64,000 bases of DNA, from the NCBI GenBank assembly GCA_965204375.1, contig OZ241986.1:1568001-1632000 (forward strand), read 5' to 3'. Positions 18,394-28,919 of the stretch are shown here, one piece after another (positions within the stretch are counted from its first letter, which is position 1; the number at the start of each line of letters is the position of its first letter). The DNA is from Candidatus Latescibacterota bacterium (lineage in GTDB: Bacteria; Latescibacterota; UBA2968). The translations under genes and the position numbers were made by a program. The notes beneath the pieces are model-generated. The model made no database searches. It was not told the origin of the DNA and was given only the letters and a program-made list of their open reading frames with translations.

Positions 18394-19140
18394 ATGGATA
18401 ATGAAATTCGCATTCACTATGTCAGCCATTTTCTCAAGCTGAGTTTGTGGTATGCGCGGTTTCTGATGGCGCGGGAGGGGATTGCGTTTGAAGATGCGAT
18501 TACTTCCCGGGCTAATGTGTATCGCAATACAGATTTTTTTGATGGCGAAAACCATCCAGCGCGGGGGTATGAAGACCCGGATTGGGATGCCTATCTGATG
18601 GGTTTGAAGACCATTTTTGATCGCTACGAGGGCGCGGCATGGGAGGAAGAGGGGCTGGCCTATTTGTGGCCCCGCGTAAAAAAGGGTTATAGCAGACCTT
18701 CTACAAAATGCCGTCCGTACGAATGCTGGACGTATGACGATGGCGACGATTATATCGCAATCCACATTGGCAATGTGTATCAGCCCAAATCGCCTCTGAG
18801 CGAAATGCGAGATGCATTTATGGGCACATTGCTGCAATTGTTAAAGGATACGCAGCAGCGACGCTCCGATGTGAAGACTGTGAGGTGTGGCAGTTGGCTC
18901 AATTCTGCGCCGCCATTTCAAGATCTGTTTCCCAAAAGCTGGCGCGAGAGCGCGATAGTGAGTCCTAAAGCGGGATATACGATGGGGCATTGGGGACAGT
19001 TTATGGATCGCACAGGACGTTTTCATATAAAAAATGGGGCGCATTTGCGGGCAACAGGGGAATTTCTCTATCCCTGTTCGACCTGTTATGCACCGATTGA
19101 TGAGATTGTGGCACACCTGGAGGCTATGGTGGAGGGGTGA
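18394..19140 (+). CDS. Hypothetical protein
   Basis: Long ORF with AAGGAG RBS; aromatic-rich CGSWLN and WGQF segments; no family recognised. Confidence 0.7.
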   Translation: MDNEIRIHYVSHFLKLSLWYARFLMAREGIAFEDAITSRANVYRNTDFFDGENHPARGYEDPDWDAYLMGLKTIFDRYEGAAWEEEGLAYLWPRVKKGYSRPSTKCRPYECWTYDDGDDYIAIHIGNVYQPKSPLSEMRDAFMGTLLQLLKDTQQRRSDVKTVRCGSWLNSAPPFQDLFPKSWRESAIVSPKAGYTMGHWGQFMDRTGRFHIKNGAHLRATGEFLYPCSTCYAPIDEIVAHLEAMVEG

Positions 19141-19205
19141 ACGAATCAGCGAATCTACGAATCTACGAATCGAAGCACATAGCGATTTTGGGTGGTGGGA
19201 TTCGT
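19141..19205 (+). repeat. Octamer array (RCGAATCN x4) plus one inverted unit
   Basis: acgaatca gcgaatct acgaatct acgaatcg directly after the stop; GATTCGT at 19199-19205. Confidence 0.75.
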
Positions 19206-19234
19206 CTATGAACTGGTCTGGGAAACGACCAGTT

Positions 19235-20485
19235 TTACCCCGCTCCGTCTATTCGTCTTTCCAAAGTCTCGGGGACGAGGAAGAGGAAGATCCCCGCTGC
19301 GGAAAGACCAATGCCTGCAATAGCCAGAGCCGCGGGCGATAGGCCGAGGAAGTCGGCGACATAACCGACGCATACGGGTCCAGACATGCGCCCGCCATCC
19401 CCGATGAGGCGCCAGAGGCCCAGAAATTCGCTCAGGGCTTCGCGGGGTGCAAGGTCGGCACCCAGGGTCATCATGGCTCCCGAACTGAGGCCATTGCCAA
19501 ATCCGAGCAGACTGGCGGGGAACAAGAGAGCGATAAATTCTCCTGTAATGAAGTCGAGAAAGAAAAAGGGCAGATTCAGATCGGCGGCAAAGGCTTCTGT
19601 GAGCGGGATAAGTGCCATACCAATAGCCTGTAGCGCGAAGCTGGGAACATTGGCGAATTTGCGTCCAAAACGATCCATGATGACCCCAGCGGGATAAAAC
19701 ATCATCATGTCGATAAAGCCCGAGACCGTCATGATGAGGCCGATTTGCTCATATCCCAGATTGAGGACTTCGGCGCCGTAAAGCGGTATGATGATGTAGC
19801 GACCACTGCGAATGGTTTGGGCAAAGAGTTGACCTGTACCTGCGGTGATCAGATTTTTGCTGTTGGTACGAAAGATGTTGGCGAAGTGGCGCACAAGGCC
19901 GTGTTGCGGTGGTGATACGCGCTTGCGAAAGGCTTCAACGGCGATTGCCGCAACCACTGCGGCTAAGAGTGAGATGCCGCCATAAACGAGGAATGGATAT
20001 CTTACGGAGGCGACAGAGGCAATATAGCCGCCAATGACAGGTCCCAAAAAGGTGCCGATGCGGCTAATGCCACCAAATACAGAGAGGGCACGACCCCTCT
20101 GGTGGACGGCTGTGGCATCGGCCAGATAAGCATACCGCGAGATGTCCCACAGTGCGCCGCCGATCCCGCCCACAAAGCGCAACAGGAAGACCACAAAGAT
20201 AGAGGGCGCAAAAAAGAGGCCCGCGCCGCACAATGCAACTGTAAGTACTCCCAATAGCATTGCTGATTTGCGACCGATGCGGTTGAGTACCATGGCAGCG
20301 GGCAGGTCGCCAACGAGGTGACCGATACCCTCGGCAGCGAGCACGAGACCGACGAGGCCGTAGGAAATGTCAAACGATTTGGCGTAGAGTGGCAATATGG
20401 GGACGAGCAGGCCACTGCCGAGTCTGAGGAGAAAAGTGGGGATAAAGACGGGGAGAATAAGGGGGTTGCGGATAATGGCGTTCAT
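19235..20485 (-). CDS. MFS transporter
   Basis: About 12 TM segments; NRIGRK and DRFGRK motifs. Confidence 0.9.
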   Translation of the reverse strand: MNAIIRNPLILPVFIPTFLLRLGSGLLVPILPLYAKSFDISYGLVGLVLAAEGIGHLVGDLPAAMVLNRIGRKSAMLLGVLTVALCGAGLFFAPSIFVVFLLRFVGGIGGALWDISRYAYLADATAVHQRGRALSVFGGISRIGTFLGPVIGGYIASVASVRYPFLVYGGISLLAAVVAAIAVEAFRKRVSPPQHGLVRHFANIFRTNSKNLITAGTGQLFAQTIRSGRYIIIPLYGAEVLNLGYEQIGLIMTVSGFIDMMMFYPAGVIMDRFGRKFANVPSFALQAIGMALIPLTEAFAADLNLPFFFLDFITGEFIALLFPASLLGFGNGLSSGAMMTLGADLAPREALSEFLGLWRLIGDGGRMSGPVCVGYVADFLGLSPAALAIAGIGLSAAGIFLFLVPETLERRIDGAG

Positions 20486-20490
20486 TTAGT

Positions 20491-20539
20491 GAAGTAGGAA
20501 GTGTGAAGTAGGAAGTGTGAAGTAGGAAGTGTGAAGTAA
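20491..20539 (+). repeat. Heptamer array GAAGTAG/GAAGTGT (7 units)
   Basis: Read directly; lies 5 bp from the MFS start codon. Confidence 0.9.
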
Positions 20540-20622
20540 AAAACAAAAAGCAAAAGCAAAAAGCAACCATAACACAGGCACCTGAACTAAGAATTAAGGG
20601 TTGGGTGGTCGTCTCACGTCTT

Positions 20623-22008
20623 GAGATATTGTCAAATGTTGTGGATGGGTTTAGAACGCATCCTTTATGATTATGCAGCGATTTTGCGTTCACCATCTAC
20701 GAATTTCACCCCGTCAATGACGAGGGGTATGAGCTTGTAACCGCGTAATCTGACCCATGTTTTTTCAGCTTCAAGAGCCAGTTTATACACCATCGCCATT
20801 GTGGCTTTGACCGATCCGCAGCCTTTTGTCTGCCTCGTGCGATGCCTGACGGTAGCAAAAGTCGATTCAATCGGGTTGGTGGTGCGTAAATGGATCCAGT
20901 GTTTGGCAGGAAAATCATAAAAGGTGAAGAGCACCTCAAAATCTTTGGTGAGGCAGTCACAGGCTTTTTCATAGCGATCCTGATACAGACTCAAGAAGTG
21001 GTCATAGACCTTGTGCGCGGCCTCTTTTGTCGGCGACTGATACATATCTTGAAGGAGTCTCTTGGCATCCGGCTGCACAGATTTGGGTAGCTTATCCAAC
21101 ACATTAGCACTCTTATGCACCCAGCAGCGCTGATGTTTCGTGGCAGGGAATGTCTCTTCCAATGCGTGCCAGAAGCCCATTGCCCCATCGCCTATGGCAA
21201 GAGCAGGGGCAAGGCGCAACCCGCGTGCTTTGACATCCAGTAAGAGGGTTTTCCAAGATAAGGTGCTCTCACGCTGTCCCTGCTCTATGGCAAGGACTTC
21301 CTTTTTACCTTCTGCTGTGGCACCAATGAGCACGAGAACACAGGGGCGATCATCAGACAGGCGTACGTTAAAATAGATACCGTCTGCCCAGATATAGACA
21401 TAGGCTTTATCGTGCAAGTCGCGCTTTTGCCATTGTTTATACTCGTCTTCCCAAATACGCTTTAAGCGCGTGATATTGGCTGGTGAAAGCCCTGGTGCGC
21501 CTTTGCCTAAGATCGCTTCGAGTGCTTGTGGGAAGGCCGAGGTAGAGACCCCTTTCAGATACAGTGTGGGGATCAATGTATCAATGCTCGGACTGCGACG
21601 GGCATATTTAGGCAGGATCGCACTGGTGAAGTGCTCCCCGTCTCGACGATCGTGAACGCGGGGTTGTTTGACGGGTATTTTACCAATACCAGTGGTGACT
21701 TCTCGGGCAGGATGATACCCATTTTTGACCACCTCACGATGACCCTTTTCATCCACCTGATCAGCAAATCGGGCTATGTATTCATTCACTTCATACCGCA
21801 AGGCGGCACATAACATCTTACGCGCACCATTTCTTATGACTTCCTCGAGGCTCTCGGCCAGTGTATCTTGCACTATGCTTTCCACTTCAAATGGGGTATA
21901 TTCTTTCACGAGCGTGTCCTTTCTCCCTCCTGGAGGGATTTTAGGTTTTTGTGATACTATAGGATACGCTCTTTTCTTTTACTCATCCACAACTTTTGAA
22001 TATACCTC
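20623..22008 (-). mobile_element. IS256-family insertion sequence
   Basis: 28-bp terminal inverted repeats (23/28 match); direct repeat CTCACGTCTT at 20613-20622 and 22009-22018. Confidence 0.92.
20671..21909 (-). CDS. IS256-family transposase
   Basis: YLKGVST, WADGIY, GDGAMG, QRCWVH, RTTNPIES. Confidence 0.95.
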   Translation of the reverse strand: MKEYTPFEVESIVQDTLAESLEEVIRNGARKMLCAALRYEVNEYIARFADQVDEKGHREVVKNGYHPAREVTTGIGKIPVKQPRVHDRRDGEHFTSAILPKYARRSPSIDTLIPTLYLKGVSTSAFPQALEAILGKGAPGLSPANITRLKRIWEDEYKQWQKRDLHDKAYVYIWADGIYFNVRLSDDRPCVLVLIGATAEGKKEVLAIEQGQRESTLSWKTLLLDVKARGLRLAPALAIGDGAMGFWHALEETFPATKHQRCWVHKSANVLDKLPKSVQPDAKRLLQDMYQSPTKEAAHKVYDHFLSLYQDRYEKACDCLTKDFEVLFTFYDFPAKHWIHLRTTNPIESTFATVRHRTRQTKGCGSVKATMAMVYKLALEAEKTWVRLRGYKLIPLVIDGVKFVDGERKIAA

Positions 22009-22034
22009 CTCACGTCTTACGTCTCACCGACTTT

Positions 22035-22766
22035 ATGGATTTTCCTATACGCGAAATATGCTATGCGAGCGGTATTTTCTGGCTTGCGGGCAGCTTGCAG
22101 GGGTTGACGGGATTTGGGTTTAATCTGCTTTCTATACCGGCGATGGTCTTGTGGTTTCCCGCACAGGTGGTTGTGCCCGGGGTTTTGATGTCTTATTTGC
22201 CTTTGGGTACAGGACAGTTTATCCAACTGCGGCGGGATGTGGATTGGAAGGTGCTGGGGATAATTGTGGGGAGCGCGATTGTGGGCATGCCTGTCGGCGC
22301 ATTTATTTTACGCGATACAGATGCAGAGGTGATGAAGCGCGCCATTGGTTTGGCAATGGTGGTATTGGCAATTGTTTTGCAATTGCGACCAGGTAATCCT
22401 TTTCGACATGATGCACTGACCTGTGGGGGAGTGGGTATGTTCAGCGGTTTCTTGTCGTCCAGTATCGGTGTATCTGGACCGCCTATCGTTCTGTTTGGGC
22501 TGAAACAGCGCTGGCCGCAGGCGATGATGCGCGCAACGCTTTTGACCTGTTTTTTGTGTACTTCTACGTTGAGTCTCTGTGTGTTGTGGGCAGTAGGGGT
22601 GTTGACGCACGAGAGTTTGCAATTCGTCCTCTGGGGTGCGCCGGGTTTGATTTTGGGATTTTTAACCGCGACCTATCTCCGCGCACGGGTTCACCAGGTG
22701 GCGGTGTTTCGCTGGATTTCGATTGGGATGGTGATGGCCGGCGGATTGGCCGCGGCGATTTTTTGA
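22035..22766 (+). CDS. TauE/SafE family membrane protein
   Basis: QGLTGFGF and GVSGPP motifs; the ORF-track start falls inside the IS end, so ATG 22035 is used. Confidence 0.85.
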   Translation: MDFPIREICYASGIFWLAGSLQGLTGFGFNLLSIPAMVLWFPAQVVVPGVLMSYLPLGTGQFIQLRRDVDWKVLGIIVGSAIVGMPVGAFILRDTDAEVMKRAIGLAMVVLAIVLQLRPGNPFRHDALTCGGVGMFSGFLSSSIGVSGPPIVLFGLKQRWPQAMMRATLLTCFLCTSTLSLCVLWAVGVLTHESLQFVLWGAPGLILGFLTATYLRARVHQVAVFRWISIGMVMAGGLAAAIF

Positions 22767-22889
22767 TGATGGGCAAATGCGTGCCTGCCAGTTGATTAAA
22801 CTCAACGGCCTGTTGATTGGTCAGACACGCTATTTATTTTATCTTTGTCCTCGACTTTTTCCTGTTCAACCGAATAAGAGAAAAGATGT

Positions 22890-25800
22890 ATGCGCGATAT
22901 AGATACAACCATTCGCAACTTGATGTCAGAACGCATTTTGCTGCTCGATGGGGCGATGGCTACGGTGATCCAGGCTTATGATCTGGACGAGCGAGCGTTT
23001 CGAGGTGATGGCTTTGTCGATCATCCCATTGATGTGAAGGATGGAAGTGGGTGTGGGGCCGCGTGCGAGTGCCGTGGTGATGAATTTACCGACCATCCCA
23101 TTGATGTGAAGGGGTGTATCGATCTCTTGTGCCTGACACAGCCGCATTTGATTGCAGATGTCCATCGGCGATTTTTGGATGCTGGAGCAGATATTATTGA
23201 GACGAATACGTTTAATGCCACGCCGATCTCAATGGCGGAGTATCAGCTTCAGGACCGGGTTTACGATCTCAATGTGGCAGCCGCACAGGTTGCGCGAAAA
23301 GTAGCGGATAAGGTGACAGTGCAAAATCCGGATAAGCCGCGATTTGTTGCGGGTGCTCTGGGACCAACGAGTTGTACGCTTACGCTGTCGCCCAATGTGA
23401 ATGACCCGGCTTTTCGCACGCACACCTTTGAAGATGTGGTCAATGGGTATTACGCGCAGATCGAGGGTTTGATGGCCGGCGGTGTAGATATAATCATGGT
23501 GGAGACGGTGTTCGATACGCTCACGGCCAAAGCCGCGCTATTTGCCATATCGCGTTATTTTCTGGATCACGGTGTGAAAGTACCCGTGATGATTTCCGGC
23601 ACAGTGACCGATCAAAGTGGACGCACATTGTCCGGACAGACGATAGAGGCATTCTGGTTGTCGGTGGCGCATGCACAGCCCTTGAGTGTGGGGATTAACT
23701 GCGCCCTCGGTGCGCGAGAAATGCGGCCTTATGTGGAGGCTTTGTCGCATTTTGCACCGGCATTTATGAGTTGTTATCCCAATGCGGGTTTGCCCAATGA
23801 GTTTGGGGAATACGACGATTCTCCGGGGCACATGGCGGGTGTTTTGGGCGATTTTGCCGCGCAGGGTTGGCTCAATATTGTGGGCGGATGTTGTGGCACT
23901 ACGCCCGAACATATCGCTGCGATTGCCGAGGCTGTATCCGATAAGGCACCGAGAAAAATTCCCGAGCGTTCTTCTGTGTCGCGCTTTAGCGGTTTGGAGC
24001 CGATGATTATTTATCCGGATTCCAATTTTATTATGATTGGCGAGCGCACCAATGTGACGGGATCGCGACGGTTTGCGCGGTTGATCAAAACGGGTGATTA
24101 TGCGGCGGCACTGGCAGTTGCGCGGGAACAGGTGGTCGGTGGCGCGAATATGATCGATATCAATATGGACGAGGGATTGCTCGATTCAAAAGACGCTATG
24201 GCGACGTTTTTAAAGCTGATTGCGGGCGAACCCGATATTGCGCGCGTGCCAATTGTGATTGACAGTTCCGATTTTGAAGTGATCGAGGCCGGGTTAAAAT
24301 GTGTGCAGGGCAAGGCGATTGTCAATTCCATAAGTTTGAAAGAGGGCGAGGCGGTTTTTAAGTCGCAGGCAGAAAACGTGTTGCGCTATGGCGCTGCGGT
24401 TGTGGTGATGGCGTTTGATGAGAAGGGGCAGGCGACGTCGATTGAAGATAAGGTGCGGATTTGCCAGCGCGCATATCGCATTTTGACCGAAGATGTGGGG
24501 ATGGATGCATCGGATATTATTTTTGATCCGAATATTCTGACCGTTGCAACGGGTATTGAGGAACACAACGATTATGCAGTCAATTTTATCGAGGCTGTGA
24601 AGCAGATCAAAGATCTGTGTCCAGGCGCGAAAACGAGTGGTGGTGTGAGCAATATTTCATTCTCTTTTCGGGGCAATGATTATGTGCGGGAGGCGATTCA
24701 CGCGGCTTTTTTATATCACGCCATTCAAGCGGGTCTGGATATGGGCATTGTCAATGCCGGGCAGTTGATGGTGTATGAAGAAATCCCCGAGAAGTTGCGC
24801 GTGCTGATTGAAGATGTGTTGTTTAACAGGCGGGAAGATGCAACGGAACGGCTGGTGGATTTTGCCGAGTCTGTGCGGTCAGAGGGCAAGAGGCGAGAAA
24901 AAGACGATGCATGGCGGCAGGGGACGGTTGAAGATCGTTTGAAGCACGCGCTGTTGCACGGGCAGTCAGAGCATCTGGAAGAGGATTTGGAGGAGGCACT
25001 TGGGAAGTACAAACCGCTGGAGATGATCGAAGGTCCCTTGATGGATGGGATGAATGTGGTGGGTGATTTGTTTGGCGCAGGTAAAATGTTTTTGCCCCAG
25101 GTGGTCAAAACAGCGCGCGTGATGAAGCAGGCGGTGGCGTATCTCGAGCCTTTGATGGAAGATGAGAAAGCGGGCGGTAGAGCACGGGGCAAAATTCTGA
25201 TGGCGACGGTAAAGGGCGATGTTCACGATATTGGCAAGAATATTGTGGGCGTGGTTTTGGGGTGCAATAATTACGAGGTGATCGATTTGGGTGTTATGGT
25301 GCCCGCGGATCGCATTTTGAGAGTTGCGCGAGAAAAAGAGGTCGATATTATCGGGCTGAGCGGTTTGATTACGCCGTCGCTCAATGAGATGGTCCATGTT
25401 GCGGGGGAGATGCAGCGCGAAGCGTTTGACGTGCCCCTTTTAATTGGGGGAGCGACCACGAGCCGCAAGCATACGGCGGTAAAAATTGCGCCGGTTTACG
25501 ATTATGCAACCGTGCATGTGAAGGATGCTTCGCGCGCAACAGGTGTAGTGGGCACGCTGTTAAACGCAGAGCAGCGCGAAGAGTATGTGCGGGCAAATCG
25601 CGAGTCTCAGCAGCGGGCATTGGCGGAGTTTAATATTTCCCAAAGACCACTTATTTCATACTCAGATGCACTGGCGCGTAGCCAGACGTTTGATTGGGCA
25701 CAGATTGATCTTCCCAGACCCAGTTTTACAGGTGTTCAGGCTTTGCGCGATTTCCCAATTTCCCAACTGGTCGATTTTATCGATTGGGGACCGTTTTTCC

Positions 25801-26618
25801 ACGCCTGGGAACTGCGGGGCAGCTATCCGAAGATATTGAATGATCCGAACAAGGGGGCGGAGGCGCGCAAATTATTCGACGACGCGCAGGCAATGCTCAA
25901 GGCGATTGTGGATGAGGGATGGATCCAGGCACAGGCTGTGTACGGATTTTTCCCGGCAAATGCCGATGGGGATGATATTGTCGTGTTTGAAGATGAGCGC
26001 AGAGATGCCGAGCGGGCGCGGTTGCCGATGTTGCGCCAGCAGCAGGAAAAGCGCGCGGGAGGACCGTATTTTTCACTGGCCGATTTTGTCGCACCTGCCG
26101 GATACGCAGATTATATCGGGGCATTTGCCGTGACTGCGGGATTGGGCGTTGACGCAAAAGCAACGGCGTTTAAGCACGCATTGGACGATTACAATGCCAT
26201 TTTGCTTCAGGCTTTAGCGGATCGTCTGGCTGAGGCGTTTGCCGAACGTTTGCACGCAAAGGCGCGGAGAGATTGGGGCTATGGTCTGGATGAAACGCTG
26301 AGCAATGAGGATTTGATCAGGGAGAGATATCGCGGTATTCGCCCCGCGCCCGGTTATCCGGCTTGCCCGGATCACACGGAGAAGCAGACTTTGTTTGATT
26401 TGCTCGGGGTTGAGCGAGAGACGGATATTCGATTGACGGAGAATTTTGCGATGTCCCCAGCGGCTTCTGTCAGTGGCTGGTATCTCGCACATCCCGATGC
26501 GCGCTATTTTGCCGTGGGCAAGATCGACGCCGATCAAGTGACCGATTACGCACGGCGGAAGGGAATGCAGATGGCAGAGATGGAACGCTGGTTAGCGCCA
26601 AATTTGGGGTATAAGTAG
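22890..26618 (+). CDS. metH: Cobalamin-dependent methionine synthase
   Basis: [36 protein letters not shown]. Confidence 0.97.
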   Translation: MRDIDTTIRNLMSERILLLDGAMATVIQAYDLDERAFRGDGFVDHPIDVKDGSGCGAACECRGDEFTDHPIDVKGCIDLLCLTQPHLIADVHRRFLDAGADIIETNTFNATPISMAEYQLQDRVYDLNVAAAQVARKVADKVTVQNPDKPRFVAGALGPTSCTLTLSPNVNDPAFRTHTFEDVVNGYYAQIEGLMAGGVDIIMVETVFDTLTAKAALFAISRYFLDHGVKVPVMISGTVTDQSGRTLSGQTIEAFWLSVAHAQPLSVGINCALGAREMRPYVEALSHFAPAFMSCYPNAGLPNEFGEYDDSPGHMAGVLGDFAAQGWLNIVGGCCGTTPEHIAAIAEAVSDKAPRKIPERSSVSRFSGLEPMIIYPDSNFIMIGERTNVTGSRRFARLIKTGDYAAALAVAREQVVGGANMIDINMDEGLLDSKDAMATFLKLIAGEPDIARVPIVIDSSDFEVIEAGLKCVQGKAIVNSISLKEGEAVFKSQAENVLRYGAAVVVMAFDEKGQATSIEDKVRICQRAYRILTEDVGMDASDIIFDPNILTVATGIEEHNDYAVNFIEAVKQIKDLCPGAKTSGGVSNISFSFRGNDYVREAIHAAFLYHAIQAGLDMGIVNAGQLMVYEEIPEKLRVLIEDVLFNRREDATERLVDFAESVRSEGKRREKDDAWRQGTVEDRLKHALLHGQSEHLEEDLEEALGKYKPLEMIEGPLMDGMNVVGDLFGAGKMFLPQVVKTARVMKQAVAYLEPLMEDEKAGGRARGKILMATVKGDVHDIGKNIVGVVLGCNNYEVIDLGVMVPADRILRVAREKEVDIIGLSGLITPSLNEMVHVAGEMQREAFDVPLLIGGATTSRKHTAVKIAPVYDYATVHVKDASRATGVVGTLLNAEQREEYVRANRESQQRALAEFNISQRPLISYSDALARSQTFDWAQIDLPRPSFTGVQALRDFPISQLVDFIDWGPFFHAWELRGSYPKILNDPNKGAEARKLFDDAQAMLKAIVDEGWIQAQAVYGFFPANADGDDIVVFEDERRDAERARLPMLRQQQEKRAGGPYFSLADFVAPAGYADYIGAFAVTAGLGVDAKATAFKHALDDYNAILLQALADRLAEAFAERLHAKARRDWGYGLDETLSNEDLIRERYRGIRPAPGYPACPDHTEKQTLFDLLGVERETDIRLTENFAMSPAASVSGWYLAHPDARYFAVGKIDADQVTDYARRKGMQMAEMERWLAPNLGYK

Positions 26619-26644
26619 GGAAGTGTGAAGGAAGAAGTGTGAAA
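26612..26644 (+). repeat. GAAGNNN heptamer array at the metH stop
   Basis: taagtag g gaagtgt gaaggaa gaagtgt gaaa. Confidence 0.6.
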
Positions 26645-26701
26645 ATTACGTCGTTGGAGCGGCATCCCTGCCGCGAATGTGGAAAGTGGAAAAACGAGAA
26701 C

Positions 26702-26766
26702 ATGAACAAGGCTTATGTTGAATGGCGAGATGAAGGCTATTGGATTGCGAATAGTCGTGTCTCTCT
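26702..26766 (+). pseudogene. N-terminal fragment of a DUF433-type antitoxin, cut by IS3
   Basis: MNKAYVEWRDEGYWIANSRVSL resembles the DUF433 N-terminus and ends at the IS left end. Confidence 0.55.
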
Positions 26767-28165
26767 TGTTATGCTTCAGATAAAACTGGACTTTTGCGGA
26801 TCTTTGATAAGCTATAAATTGGGCTCAGACAAAGGAGGAGTCCATGTCGAAGAAGCGTAAGCAATATACCCCTGAGGAGAAGGTGTCGATTTTGCGTCGT
26901 CATCTGTTAGATGGCGTACCCGTGTCAGATTTGTGCGATGCCCATGGGATTCACCCGACGATGTTCTACAAGTGGCAGAAGGTGTTTTTCGAGCAAGGTG
27001 CCTCAGCCTTTGCGCCAAAGCAGAGTGTGCACGAGAAACAGCAAGCCAAAAAGATTGCGGTCCTACAGGCCAAATTGACCACAAAGAACGAAGTGTTGTC
27101 AGAACTGATGGAAGAGCACATTTTTCTAAAAAAAAGTCTTGGGGAGACCTGAGTCCGCGCAAGGTATCGCGTGCCATTCGCGATGCGGTGATTGATTTTG
27201 TCGTCCATTGGCACAAGCAAACTGGTATCTGCATCGGTCAGTTTTTATCCTTATTAGAGTTATCCAAAAGCACATACTATGACTGGAAAGCCCGGTATGG
27301 TGTGCCCAATGTCTCTTATGCATCACTGCCCAAGACATCCTGGCTCTTAGACTGGGAGAAGCAAGCCATTATCACTTATGCCTTATCGCATCCCGACTTG
27401 GGGTATCGTCGTCTTTCGTATCAGATGATAGATGAAGATGTGGTCGCCGTTTCGCCCAGCAGCGTGTATCGCGTGCTCAAAAGGGCCGATTTGCTTGGTC
27501 GAACTTTAAAAGAGGTCTCAAAGAAGGGGACAGGATTTGACCAGCCAACAGGCGCACACCAGCATTGGCATGTGGATGTATCCTATCTGAATATCTGCGG
27601 GACCTTCTACTACTTATGTGCCCTTTTAGATGGCTATAGTCGATACCTCGTCCATTTTGAGATCCGAGAAGCGATGCGAGAAGCAGATGTCGAGATCATT
27701 ATTCAAAGAGGTAGAGAAAAGTTCCCGAAGGCTACACCGCGTATCATCTCGGATAACGGCCCGCAGTTTATCGCGCACGCCTTCAAGTCCTTTATTAGAC
27801 ACTGCGGGATGACCCATGTGCGAACCTCGCCGTTTTATCCGCAATCCAATGGCAAGATCGAGCGGTGGCACCAGTCGCTCAAGCGCGAGTGCATTCGTCC
27901 CAAAACACCGACGAATTTGGAGGAGGCGCGAGAGGTCGTTGCCAGATTTGTCGCGCATTACAACCACAGGAGATACCACGCCGGGATTGGGTATATCGCA
28001 CCTGTTGATAAATTGTGTGGTCGAGCACCGATTATTGTTAAAGAACGAAAACGCAAGTTGGCGCAGGCAAAATGCCTGCGTGCCCAACTCAGAGCCGTCA
28101 AACCCGTTGCCTATTTGTAGCTTAACTATAACACGCAAAATTCCACTTTACTTTGAACCATTACA
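26767..28165 (+). mobile_element. IS3-family insertion sequence
   Basis: TG...CA ends; 32-bp imperfect IRs (25/32 match); orfA/orfB layout; no target duplication. Confidence 0.9.
26844..28120 (+). CDS. IS3 transposase OrfAB (orfA 26844-27152; orfB in the -1 frame)
   Basis: HTH OrfA; A-AAA-AAG slippery site at 27130-27136; DDE motifs WHVD, SDNGPQF, NGKIER. Confidence 0.9.
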
Positions 28166-28279
28166 GTATGATTTCCGTATTAGGCTGAACGATGAGGTCA
28201 TCGAGGAATTCGAGGAAGATACAGAGGGTCTTGACGTACTGTGCAGAAAGATTGCCAATTTGAAGACCAAGAAGGGAAT

Positions 28280-28597
28280 AGAGTTATAACGAAAATAAAT
28301 AAGCATATACTTTGGAGCCACATTGAGTCTCGTCTCAATTCGTCGCTTCCGAAATGGGAGGATTACATTGACAACTTCGGCCAAGTAGCAGCTATTGAAG
28401 AGAGAATTGCTGGCAGGACATGGAATGACGACGAAGTTTTCGAGGGATTATTGATGGCTGTGCTGTCCAGTGGTATTGATTGGTCCAAGGTCGAAAAGAT
28501 TCGTCAGGAACTTAAGGATGTATTTTGCAATTTCAGCCTTGAGGAATACGCTGCGTTGCCAGATACCAAAATAACCAATTGTATCGTACCCTACTGA
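28280..28597 (+). pseudogene. Probably truncated Tag-like (3-methyladenine glycosylase I-like) gene
   Basis: DDEVFEGLLMAVLSSGIDW...F.NF resembles the Tag core; short, start uncertain. Confidence 0.35.
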
Positions 28598-28681
28598 CCG
28601 TGTGTTTCAAAACCTGCTCTTTAGTCATTGCAGCGGCTCCTCAAGTCTTTCCAATAGATTTTGGCGCGTTCATTTTCGGAA

Positions 28682-28699
28682 TGTAGCGTACACGCTACA
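28682..28699. repeat. REP-like palindrome
   Basis: TGTAGCGT-AC-ACGCTACA. Confidence 0.45.
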
Positions 28700-28730
28700 A
28701 AAAGCAAATAAAAAGTAGGAGGAAAACAGT

Positions 28731-28916
28731 ATGCCTATTTATGTCGTATTTGCTCATCCGACTAAGAGATCTTTTACGGGTGATGTTCTGGCAGAATTTT
28801 GTCGTGGGTTGGAGGATGGGGGCCACTCGTATGAGATAGGCGATTTGTACGAAATGTATTTCAGGACTGATATGAGTTTGGATAAATACAATCGGGAGTT
28901 GACTTTACCGAGGTGA
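28731..28916 (+). pseudogene. N-terminal fragment of a flavodoxin-fold NAD(P)H oxidoreductase (MdaB/KefF-like)
   Basis: VVFAHP...SFT...GH....DLY with strong AGGAGG RBS; only 61 aa. Confidence 0.65.
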
Positions 28917-28919
28917 CTT

